Below are positions 1-8,462 of a DNA stretch of 64,000 nt, piece after piece. The stretch's first letter is position 1. Every line of letters begins with the position of its first letter. The stretch is taken from positions 1-64,000 of IMG/VR virus record IMGVR_UViG_3300025133_000049; one strand, given 5' to 3'. This DNA is from a virus. The notes under the pieces are model-generated. The model was given only the letters and a program-made list of their open reading frames with translations. It did no database searches and was not told where the DNA came from. Made by a program: the position numbers and the translations under genes.

Positions 1-2
1 CA

Positions 3-98
3 TTTGGTGCTGATACTTTCCCTAACATAGTAGGTTTAAAGGGTGTTGTTAGTGGTGCTTTAGTAGGTGGTAATGAAAATGATTTTGTAAATATTTAA
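3..98 (+). CDS. 3' end of a CDS truncated by the window start (...FGADTFPNIVGLKGVVSGALVGGNENDFVNI*), probably a tail/structural gene
   Basis: Open frame from base 3 to TAA at 96-98, directly upstream of the 108..584 ORF. Confidence 0.55.
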   Translation, partial: FGADTFPNIVGLKGVVSGALVGGNENDFVNI

Positions 99-107
99 AA
101 TAATAAA

Positions 108-584
108 ATGAAAAATTTATTCATAGTAAAAAATATAAGTTCAGGGGAAACAAACAATCCATCAACTTATAGAAAAGACGCAAGTTTAAACGGAGATACT
201 TATTCTTTAATTAAAAAAAATGGCACAGTAATTCCAACAGGAGATTATGTGTTTCAGCTAAGTGAAAATGAATTTAAAGCTGCTTACAGTCTGCCTATTT
301 TTACAAACGTTTTTAATGGAATAAGAGAGTATAAAAGATTAGATAAAGAGTTTTGTCGTGAAGTAGAATTACAATTTGAATCAGATGCAGGTAGTCTGTC
401 TAAAAGTGATACAGACACTTTGATTAGCTTATTGGATAAAGTTACTATTTACTTAGACAGAAATAGTCCTCAGCACGTTTACTCAGAATTACAAACTATT
501 ACACCAACAGTTCTGTTTCCTCAATCTTTAAAAGACAAGTATTTACTAATCTTAGAAACATACTTGAATAAATTTCCAAGATAA
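108..584 (+). CDS. hypothetical protein (158 aa)
   Basis: ATG preceded by an A-rich leader; no recognisable motif. Confidence 0.75.
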   Translation: MKNLFIVKNISSGETNNPSTYRKDASLNGDTYSLIKKNGTVIPTGDYVFQLSENEFKAAYSLPIFTNVFNGIREYKRLDKEFCREVELQFESDAGSLSKSDTDTLISLLDKVTIYLDRNSPQHVYSELQTITPTVLFPQSLKDKYLLILETYLNKFPR

Positions 585-725
585 TATAATGGTAAAATTT
601 ATATCAAATTAATTTATAAAGGTTAAATAAAATAATGAAAGGAGCTGCAGGAGAACTTACTACGTATCATGCTTCGATTACATCTAGTTTTGGATGCTTT
701 GCTCAAGGATCAGGATGTAGCGGAT

Positions 726-755
726 AAAAAAAAACCCCCTACATTTCTGTAGGGG
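726..755 (-). terminator. intrinsic terminator at the convergence of the two arms
   Basis: Stem CCCCTACA (736-743)/TGTAGGGG (748-755) preceded by A9 (726-734), which is a U-tract on the - strand. Confidence 0.8.
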
Positions 756-794
756 ATTCTCGGGTGCAACTAATTAAATAAATCAGAATAATAA

Positions 795-1019
795 TTATCC
801 TTTTTTGGCTTCTTCCCGAAACTGAGGTAGAGCTACCTCATTGATGCATGTGATAATTGCTATCTTTGCATATTTCCCTAAATTAACTTGTTCTAGGCAT
901 TCACCTAGTTCTTTCATTCCCTCTAAAGAGATCTCAAAATTACTTGGTTGTGGTTGTGGTTGTGGTTGTGGGGCCGGTTGTTGTTGCGGAGCCTTTACTG
1001 TTTCTTTTTTCTTTGTCAT
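795..1019 (-). CDS. small hypothetical protein with a PQ repeat (74 aa)
   Basis: Has its own promoter-like site upstream and terminator downstream; (TGGTTG)4 at 945-968 encodes PQPQPQPQP. Confidence 0.7.
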   Translation of the reverse strand: MTKKKETVKAPQQQPAPQPQPQPQPSNFEISLEGMKELGECLEQVNLGKYAKIAIITCINEVALPQFREEAKKG

Positions 1020-1052
1020 GATTATAATTATTATTACGTTACTAATATGATG

Positions 1053-1083
1053 TAAAAATACACATTTATATTATCATAACAAA
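1053..1083 (-). promoter_or_regulatory. Bacteroidota sigma70-type promoter (leftward)
   Basis: - strand TTTG (1083-1080), 19-nt spacer, TATTTTTA (1060-1053); one mismatch to TAnnTTTG. Confidence 0.5.
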
Positions 1084-1104
1084 ATTTATTATGAAAAACT
1101 TTTA

Positions 1105-1136
1105 TTTGTGTATATTAAAAATAGGTTGTATATTTG
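1105..1136 (+). promoter_or_regulatory. Bacteroidota sigma70-type promoter (rightward)
   Basis: TTTG (1105-1108), 20-nt spacer, TATATTTG (1129-1136): exact -33/-7 consensus. Confidence 0.7.
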
Positions 1137-1140
1137 CTTC

Positions 1141-1223
1141 AGAATCAGGCTTGATACACCTGTTTGGAACACTTGATTATAATATATGCGAAACCCGGAC
1201 TCACTAGGCCCGGGTTTCTTTTT
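1141..1223 (+). ncRNA. candidate ~80-nt small RNA
   Basis: Lies between a consensus promoter and a strong terminator, with no credible ORF. Confidence 0.45.
1190..1223 (+). terminator. intrinsic terminator (possibly bidirectional)
   Basis: GAAACCCGG (1190-1198)/CCGGGTTTC (1210-1218) followed by TTTTT. Confidence 0.75.
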
Positions 1224-1274
1224 GTCCTCGAAATAGGTAGCGATTCTGCCCGACGACGCAATATTGTATAAAAT

Positions 1275-4200
1275 CTATGTTATAGAATATAATATCTTAC
1301 CTGTAAATGGTTGTAATATTATAGAACTGGTATAAGGAGTTCCATCTAAACCATACCAGGTACCTGTTAAACTTACACTACTCACAACCTTAGTATTATT
1401 ATAAACACACTGATGATCTGTTACTGTTACAGCACTATCATCAGTTGAATTAGCATCTTGTGAGGATTTAGTTCTCCATTGCGCCAATGTATTGTCAGAT
1501 GAATCACCTGTAACATTTAATCTTACTACTTCTGTATCTCCTATATTCCAATAATTATTATTATCAGAAGTCAGCATAGAGTAATCAGCACCATCATTAT
1601 TTGTGATGTATAGGTTAGGGGTGGCATCATTTTTAAACATATCATTTTGTGATACCTCTATATTAGCGTATGTTTGACCTATTGTGTCATTCTTTAGATA
1701 AACAGAACCTACACCACTTAAATAGAATGAATTACCAGAGTAAACCATATTGATGTTATTATGTGAGTAAGCACCCCACTTACCTCCAATAGTTACGTTA
1801 TCTTGAACAGTTATATCATGAGCATCATCATCGTTGTAGATACCATGAAAATCTCTGTCAGATTCAATGTAGTCATAATGCTTAACAATATTATTAGTTA
1901 CAGTTCCTGCTGAACCATCTCCCAACTTATTGTAAACATAGATAGCTGCTCCATCTTGTAATGACAGACCACAGTTTTCTAAGTAGTTCATATCAACATC
2001 AAAGTCTTTAGAACCTGCACTGTAAATACCATTGAATCCACAATTCAATAATTTATTATATCTTACAACTGGCCTTAAAGAATGATAAGACATATATATT
2101 CCTGACCCACTACTTCCTGATGTTGGTAAGTAGTTTTTAACCAGCCATTGATTCTCAATAACATTATCTTCAACTAAATTATCATCAGCATTTACGAGTT
2201 GTATTGCTGTTCCAACATTATTCTTGAAATGATTATTCTTGTAAACAGAATCATCACCTGATAAATTATAAAGTGCATTTCCAATACAGCCCTCAAGATT
2301 ACAATTGCTCAATGTCCCAGCTGATGAATGGAACTGAACGCCATAATTAGCGTAATCCCTTATAATTAGATTATCTAAGGTGTTGGTAGAGTACTTCATA
2401 TAGAATCCAATATCACTATTGACACAAGCACTTATCCCTGTTGGAGAACTTGTTGAGTACATATATAACTTATTAGCTGTTGAATCATAAAACCACTCGT
2501 CTTGAGTAGTCAATAAATCATAAGCATTTTGAATCCAATACTCACCTCCAACAACAATATTATAAGTTGCGTTAATATCAGCCGTTAGAGTCACTTGACC
2601 TGTTGAATTATTAAATGCTGATATTGTTTGTTTAGACCTTGTATGAGGGTTCATAGTCATCCATACAGTTGCACCAACTAAATCACCAGAACCGATCAAA
2701 GCAGCATCTGTGAATTGAGTGCTTGTGTTTTGAACTGAATCAACATGATGATAAGTTAATGGATCATCTTCTCCAGTAGCATCACTCCAGCTTGGAGTTC
2801 TTGCGTTACTTACTGGTATGTTATTTTTATACACATTGTAAATGGTATTACCCCCGTCAGAACATTCCCAAATATTACCAGATGTATTAGTCCATCCTGT
2901 CATCCCAGTACTACCTTTTAATGTAGCTTGACCTGTTCCGTAACTTGTGAATGTAATACCGTTTCTTTGTTCAAAATTTATATTACCTTCAAATTCGTCA
3001 CCACCTTTGAAACCGACTATACTGTTATCTAAAGCTGGTCCTATTTCAGATTGTAATGAAGCAAGACTGTTCCATGCCGTCGCTTCTGTTAGTCCATCTG
3101 AGTTATCCCCAGATAATGCCACATAGAAATCAGGAATTACTGGTACTTCAACCACTTCATCATCATGTTTGACACTTCCAGCAGTTGTAAGATCAGCACG
3201 TTCATTTCCGTTATAATCATCGAGAACAGTTCCTATTTTACCAAACTGAATTGAAGCGAATGCTGCTTGTGGTTCATATGATGCGTTTAAATCTGGATTA
3301 ACATCTACATAAGTATCTCCGTAAGAAGCAAAGGAGTTATTCCAAAATACTGTGTTCTTCCATGTGCCATCTTCACCTGTTGTTAATCCACCTTCAACGA
3401 TATTATTTTTAAATATGTTTCCTGTAAATGTAGTTGTGACAGTTGAAATATCATCAACATTTAATAGTGTGTTATTATAGAAATCATTATCATTTGATGA
3501 CGTTCCAGAATCGGCAGTAACAAAGTTAAGCATTGTGTCAAACACATTATTTCTAACAGTATTATTAAATCCACCTTTAGCACCGTCTGCTGAAGCATCT
3601 TCACCAGCATTATGGAATCTTACTCCCATGTTACCATTCTTCACTAAGTTGCGTTCAAATGTATTATATGAAGCTCCATCTCTGAAGTGAGTACCTATAA
3701 CCTTTACAGATTCATTAATACCTTCCATTAAATTATTACGGCCCACACAGTATCTTGTTTGAGAATGTCTAAACTCAACACCACCACGGTTATCAATGAT
3801 ATGATTACCTTCAGCTAATGAATATTCTATTACTGATGTAGGCTCGTCGTCTGCATTTGCTTTGAAAGATACCCCATGACCATTATGTGCCATCGTTGGA
3901 AATCTTCTGATATAATTATCAAGCACTGCATTATTAGTTCCTACTTCACCACCATTGATTGATATGTAATAATCAGTTCCATTGTTAGCTGTTTGTAATG
4001 TTGTAACAGCCCAAGTATCTTCTACCAAGTTATTACCGTTTCTTAGCCTCACACATGATTGATAAGGGTCTTGAGTGTAACATCTAACCACTTTTGAGTT
4101 AGAACCAAGTATGGGATCAAAGTTGTAAATACTATGTGACCCTCCTTTTATATAACAGTTTTCAATCCTTGAACCAAAGGTTCTCGCTATTTCAATACCA

Positions 4201-6932
4201 TACCCTTGAGTAGCACCTTCAATTTGAATGTTCTTCAGTATGTAGTAATCTTTTTTATTTAGTTTAATGCCTTGACCATCAAACAACGGCATGATAGTAC
4301 TATCAAACGTCATTCCGTAGGTACGTGTTCTTAGAACGTCCTTAGCGTTATTGTTATAACCCTCAATCCATATAGGCTTAGTTGCTGAACCGTCAGCACC
4401 TCCTAATTCAAGGTAGCTTGTATAGGCACCATTAAGTAACATTACTTTAGTTCCTGCTGATACCCCATTTTGAATTTGTGTTATATCCCATGCGTTAGCT
4501 TCATCGGCACCACTCTTAGAACCGGATCCACTCATTGAAGCATATTTAGTTTCAGTAGGTGTTGGTTCTGATATATTGTTTGTAATACGTTGTACAAGAA
4601 AATCATTTACCACATCGTTATTACCACCATCTTTCCTTATAAGTATCTGAGAGAAATATGTCAAGTCTGCTGACAGTGTGAAATAATTACTGGTCGTATT
4701 GACTGAATTAATTGTCACGTTATCAATCACGAAATCAGTGTGACTTATCCCATCAACAGATCCTAAAGGAGTATCAAAGTATATTCTATCTTTGTTTGAA
4801 TCACCAAACCTAAAATTGGTCATCAAAGGCTTTAATCCAGAAACTGGCACTTCAATAGCTTCATTATCATGTTTAATACTACCTACAGTTGTAGGATTAG
4901 TACGCTCACTGCTATTATAGTCATATAAAGCATCGATAGAACGCTCTACATCTATATCAGTAAAAGTAGCTTGAGGTTGATATGATGCATCTAGTTGTGG
5001 ATCAATACCTGTTATTGCACCGGTACCTTCACCAGTAAACCCATTATAAAACAAACTGTTTGTGAATATGAATGATCCTTGTCCGGATCCTATTTTGTCA
5101 TTGCAATCATTTACAATACAGTTTATAAATTCGTTAGATGAATCAAAATAATCTGGTGTAGTTCCTGACTTATAAAAATCAGGAGCATTGTCAAATGTAC
5201 AGTTGATAAATTTATTCCTTTCGTTTGGCAAGGTCACACCTCCATCGACATTAATAAATGAAGTATCAGCGTTAGAAAATATTGTGTTTATCACAGTATT
5301 GTCAGAACCTCCATTTTGATTAAGCCCTCCATCCTCAGTTGAATCAAGAAAACGCACAGAGTACTCAGCGTTATTTACATGACTATTTTCAACACGATTA
5401 AATGAAGTACCATCACGAAACATTATCGCACGATTATTTACTCCTTTTGTGTCAGAATCAATAGTAATATTTCTACCTATATTATATTTAATTGTTGAAT
5501 GTCTGAACTCAAAACCACCATTACCACAATTATTAATTGAGCAATTCTCAACTAAACTGTGTTCTAAAATACCACCAGAACCCTTAAAACCAATACCATG
5601 ACCCGTATGTGTTGCATTTATATTCCTATCGGCTGTTGAATTTCTAACACATTGACTATGCCCATCAGTACCTCCGTATAACGATATGTAGTAATCCATT
5701 GATACTGCCCCACTTGTACAAGCGTAGAAATTGTCAATCAAGTGGTGTTTGTTATATAATCTAACTCCTGAATTTGTCATATCCTTAGCGTAGCAATCTA
5801 TTAGCCTTATGCTTGTGTGAGAGTTATTGTTGGCTCTAAACCCATAATCTCCTGTCCATGTATAACAATTTTCATAAACTTGATAGCTGTTCATAGCAAA
5901 ACCAACTTCCTGTGCCCCATTAGGAACATTTACTTGAAGGTTTTTAAAGATGACATATTGGTCGTTTGTAGCGACAAACTTTCCATTAATCAATGGCAAT
6001 TCATTTGCATCCGCGTTTAAGTCTGGTGCTCTTGTCGGCATATAACTTGAACCATCACCGTGAGTTGTTTTATATCCTATTATTTTAATTGGGTTGGTTA
6101 CTGTACCACTATTTGATAAAGTAAATGTACCTGAATAAGTTCCTTCCTTGATCCATATAGTATCACCAGCAACAGCAGAACTCATCGCTGTTGTTAGTTC
6201 AGTAGCATCTGTAGTATCCCACTCAGTTCCGGTTATCGATTCTTCATTGATCGTATTGTTGATATATTGTAATGTGAAATCATGACAACCTACTGAATTA
6301 TTTGCTTCTTTTCTAATTAATATATTATCCCAATAAGTTAAAGGAGCTGACAATGTAAAATATCCTCCAACATCACTTATTTTAGTAACACTTGAAACCG
6401 TTTTACCTTGAACTTTGAAATCACTTGCAACAATCCCATCCGGATAACCTAACGGGGTGTCAAAATTAATATAAGTTTTATCAGCATTAGTGATATTAAA
6501 ATTAGTCATGATTGGCTTCAGTATTTCATTAGAAATACCTGTAGTCTGTACTTGAAATGTTGGGTAAGTATAAACCTCTCCATTATCCTGTGCAGTAATC
6601 TGCACAACAACATCATTCAAAATACCGCTAGGGACACCAGTTAAAGTTCTAGTATGCCTAAATACACCAGGCTCTGGCTCACCAGCATTATAATCATCAT
6701 TAGAAGCAGCATTCAAAACACCATTAACCCAATAACTAATCTTACACTGCTTAGTCATATAACACCTCAACTTAAATGAAGTATCAGTAATCTCAGAAAC
6801 CTCATGAGAAGTGATTTCGAACAATACACCACTACTACCAAATACTATAGTATTACCTAAATAAATTCTATTTATCTGTGTAGAACCTAAGTAAAGTCTG
6901 TTAATTCCAGTGCTACCTAATTTTATTGCCAT
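1275..6932 (-). CDS. giant right-handed parallel beta-helix protein (1885 aa, three tandem pectate-lyase-like modules); putative tail spike/polysaccharide depolymerase
   Basis: N/G/D-rich beta-helix repeats and AVAGDTIWIKEGTY-type module starts. N-terminal MAIKLGSTGINRLYLGSTQINRIYLG virion-protein-like motif. True start is likely ATG 6932 (TAATG overlap with the upstream stop) rather than 6968. Confidence 0.8.
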   Translation of the reverse strand: MAIKLGSTGINRLYLGSTQINRIYLGNTIVFGSSGVLFEITSHEVSEITDTSFKLRCYMTKQCKISYWVNGVLNAASNDDYNAGEPEPGVFRHTRTLTGVPSGILNDVVVQITAQDNGEVYTYPTFQVQTTGISNEILKPIMTNFNITNADKTYINFDTPLGYPDGIVASDFKVQGKTVSSVTKISDVGGYFTLSAPLTYWDNILIRKEANNSVGCHDFTLQYINNTINEESITGTEWDTTDATELTTAMSSAVAGDTIWIKEGTYSGTFTLSNSGTVTNPIKIIGYKTTHGDGSSYMPTRAPDLNADANELPLINGKFVATNDQYVIFKNLQVNVPNGAQEVGFAMNSYQVYENCYTWTGDYGFRANNNSHTSIRLIDCYAKDMTNSGVRLYNKHHLIDNFYACTSGAVSMDYYISLYGGTDGHSQCVRNSTADRNINATHTGHGIGFKGSGGILEHSLVENCSINNCGNGGFEFRHSTIKYNIGRNITIDSDTKGVNNRAIMFRDGTSFNRVENSHVNNAEYSVRFLDSTEDGGLNQNGGSDNTVINTIFSNADTSFINVDGGVTLPNERNKFINCTFDNAPDFYKSGTTPDYFDSSNEFINCIVNDCNDKIGSGQGSFIFTNSLFYNGFTGEGTGAITGIDPQLDASYQPQATFTDIDVERSIDALYDYNSSERTNPTTVGSIKHDNEAIEVPVSGLKPLMTNFRFGDSNKDRIYFDTPLGSVDGISHTDFVIDNVTINSVNTTSNYFTLSADLTYFSQILIRKDGGNNDVVNDFLVQRITNNISEPTPTETKYASMSGSGSKSGADEANAWDITQIQNGVSAGTKVMLLNGAYTSYLELGGADGSATKPIWIEGYNNNAKDVLRTRTYGMTFDSTIMPLFDGQGIKLNKKDYYILKNIQIEGATQGYGIEIARTFGSRIENCYIKGGSHSIYNFDPILGSNSKVVRCYTQDPYQSCVRLRNGNNLVEDTWAVTTLQTANNGTDYYISINGGEVGTNNAVLDNYIRRFPTMAHNGHGVSFKANADDEPTSVIEYSLAEGNHIIDNRGGVEFRHSQTRYCVGRNNLMEGINESVKVIGTHFRDGASYNTFERNLVKNGNMGVRFHNAGEDASADGAKGGFNNTVRNNVFDTMLNFVTADSGTSSNDNDFYNNTLLNVDDISTVTTTFTGNIFKNNIVEGGLTTGEDGTWKNTVFWNNSFASYGDTYVDVNPDLNASYEPQAAFASIQFGKIGTVLDDYNGNERADLTTAGSVKHDDEVVEVPVIPDFYVALSGDNSDGLTEATAWNSLASLQSEIGPALDNSIVGFKGGDEFEGNINFEQRNGITFTSYGTGQATLKGSTGMTGWTNTSGNIWECSDGGNTIYNVYKNNIPVSNARTPSWSDATGEDDPLTYHHVDSVQNTSTQFTDAALIGSGDLVGATVWMTMNPHTRSKQTISAFNNSTGQVTLTADINATYNIVVGGEYWIQNAYDLLTTQDEWFYDSTANKLYMYSTSSPTGISACVNSDIGFYMKYSTNTLDNLIIRDYANYGVQFHSSAGTLSNCNLEGCIGNALYNLSGDDSVYKNNHFKNNVGTAIQLVNADDNLVEDNVIENQWLVKNYLPTSGSSGSGIYMSYHSLRPVVRYNKLLNCGFNGIYSAGSKDFDVDMNYLENCGLSLQDGAAIYVYNKLGDGSAGTVTNNIVKHYDYIESDRDFHGIYNDDDAHDITVQDNVTIGGKWGAYSHNNINMVYSGNSFYLSGVGSVYLKNDTIGQTYANIEVSQNDMFKNDATPNLYITNNDGADYSMLTSDNNNYWNIGDTEVVRLNVTGDSSDNTLAQWRTKSSQDANSTDDSAVTVTDHQCVYNNTKVVSSVSLTGTWYGLDGTPYTSSIILQPFTGKILYSIT

Positions 6933-7228
6933 TATTTTTCGAGTATTAAATCTTCTATATATCCCCAACCATTATTCGCGTTTCTACGAATAACAGCATG
7001 TCTTGAAGGTTCTGCGTGGTTACCGCCACAAGCAGCAAATCTCTTTGATTGTTCATCAAATATAGATTTAATTTCTGTAGAAGATTTCTTGACTCCATCT
7101 TTAATAGCTAATTCAACAGCTAGTTCTTGGAAAGATGAAGCAGGAATTATACGAGCACCCGCACATGTCAAAAGCGGATCCTCGTACAACTCACACTCCT
7201 CTTGTATATTATAATAAAGTTCCTCCAT
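6932..7228 (-). CDS. hypothetical protein (~98 aa)
   Basis: ATG 7228 lies 6 nt after a TAACTTTG element; translationally coupled to the beta-helix gene. Confidence 0.7.
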   Translation of the reverse strand: MEELYYNIQEECELYEDPLLTCAGARIIPASSFQELAVELAIKDGVKKSSTEIKSIFDEQSKRFAACGGNHAEPSRHAVIRRNANNGWGYIEDLILEK

Positions 7229-7234
7229 AATCCA

Positions 7235-7242
7235 CAAAGTTA
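7235..7242 (-). promoter_or_regulatory. -7 promoter element TAACTTTG
   Basis: Matches TAnnTTTG in the short intergenic gap upstream of the two-gene beta-helix unit. Confidence 0.55.
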
Positions 7243-7249
7243 CTAATTA

Positions 7250-7903
7250 TTATTTTAATACAAGGTCATTTACTGATTTTGTATTCCATTTACTTATAGT
7301 ACGTTTGGCTGTTAAACCATCGGTCCAGAAATACCTGGAAGGAGTAAATGTACTGGGCCATAAATATAGCCCTTGACTCTTTTTAAATTTTATAGGATAA
7401 TTTATAACCTCATTGATATAAATCTTATACCTCTGCCATATCCACTTACGTTTAACACCAAAGGATACATCAGATCTATTGATTCCTTTGAAAGGTGACT
7501 TGACATCTATATGAGATATCCACATCACTTGATTACCTTTAGTATAGCGCTTAGCTTTAAAGTAACATTTATTAGATTTAAAGTCATTTTGATCATCAAA
7601 CAGAACTCCTTTGTATTGAGTATTCCATATGATAAATCGATCAGCAGTATATGTACAAGGCTTGTACAATATATGTTTCTTAGTTTCTAACTTTTTTTGT
7701 TCTCTCTTGGTTCCTTTATAGATAGTTCTATAAAACCTAGATTCCTCGTAGATTTCATCTGAGAGAACTATAGCTACAGGTTTATCACACTTCTTGATAA
7801 TGCCTGCTCTCAAAGCATCGGCCGCCCATAAGTCAAAGAATTGCTCCTGACTGTATGATTGGCCGATCTTGAAATTGTTGTATGACTCTAGTCCTCGTAC
7901 CAT
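7250..7903 (-). CDS. PD-(D/E)xK nuclease (DUF1064-like; candidate Holliday junction resolvase)
   Basis: YTADRF...HIDVKS motif spacing; replication-module context. Confidence 0.65.
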   Translation of the reverse strand: MVRGLESYNNFKIGQSYSQEQFFDLWAADALRAGIIKKCDKPVAIVLSDEIYEESRFYRTIYKGTKREQKKLETKKHILYKPCTYTADRFIIWNTQYKGVLFDDQNDFKSNKCYFKAKRYTKGNQVMWISHIDVKSPFKGINRSDVSFGVKRKWIWQRYKIYINEVINYPIKFKKSQGLYLWPSTFTPSRYFWTDGLTAKRTISKWNTKSVNDLVLK

Positions 7904-8271
7904 TTGATTATAGCTCCTCCATACGAATCTATACGCTCTTTACCTAGTTCGTGGATAAGTCCATCTACATTGAACTTAAGTGCACATAAATTAGTTATTT
8001 GATCTTTTTCTGTGATTAATTCCTCTCTTCTAGCCATTACATCTTGGTAATGTCTATCTAAAGAATCATAATACACATCTATCGGGATACCTTTCTTCCA
8101 GTTGGCACCATCACGGGTACTACCATCGGATTGTTTACGATTATCATGCATGTACTGTGCATAAAACCAGCGTATGACAGCTGAACCAAACTTCCACGGT
8201 GTATATTTGTTCTGTCCGGTATCTCTCGTCGCCCCTCCTTCGAAGCTTCTGATTGTTCCATTGTCTTCCAT
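7888..8271 (-). CDS. dATP/dGTP diphosphohydrolase-domain protein (DUF5664-like)
   Basis: RSFEGGATRD...K, GANWKKGIP, YYDSLDRH and LCALKFN motifs typical of the family. Confidence 0.75.
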   Translation of the reverse strand: MEDNGTIRSFEGGATRDTGQNKYTPWKFGSAVIRWFYAQYMHDNRKQSDGSTRDGANWKKGIPIDVYYDSLDRHYQDVMARREELITEKDQITNLCALKFNVDGLIHELGKERIDSYGGAIIKWYED

Positions 8272-8280
8272 ATTGTTATT

Positions 8281-8424
8281 TTATTGACTTAATATTACTT
8301 CTGATTGATTCACACTATCTTCTACTACTTCCAGTATATCATAGTTATCCTCTCCGTCCCAGAAAATAACATCATGTTCTGGTGGCATTTTCTGTAATTC
8401 TAAAATTAATTCTTTTGCTGTCAT
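8281..8424 (-). CDS. small acidic hypothetical protein (47 aa, MTAKELILELQKMPPEHDV...), not in ORF track
   Basis: Translated by hand; common phage MTxKELIxxLQxxPxD-type N-terminus; fills the intergenic gap. Confidence 0.7.
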   Translation of the reverse strand: MTAKELILELQKMPPEHDVIFWDGEDNYDILEVVEDSVNQSEVILSQ

Positions 8425-8435
8425 CTTATAAAATT

Positions 8436-8454
8436 AAAAACCCTCCGAAGAGGG
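8436..8454 (-). terminator. cUUCGg-capped intrinsic terminator
   Basis: - strand CCCTC-TTCG-GAGGG-TTTTT. Confidence 0.75.
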
Positions 8455-8462
8455 CTTAGTTA

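Noticed and set aside
841-1050. Cys-rich + strand ORF (CGCGCGCG...CCC) resembling a metallothionein or RiPP precursor
   Set aside because: It is the antisense reading of the (TGGTTG)4 PQ repeat of 795..1019, which has the promoter and terminator
1275-6932. Diversity-generating retroelement targeting the beta-helix gene
   Set aside because: No reverse transcriptase in the window, and the internal repeats are old protein-level paralogues rather than adenine-specific TR/VR pairs
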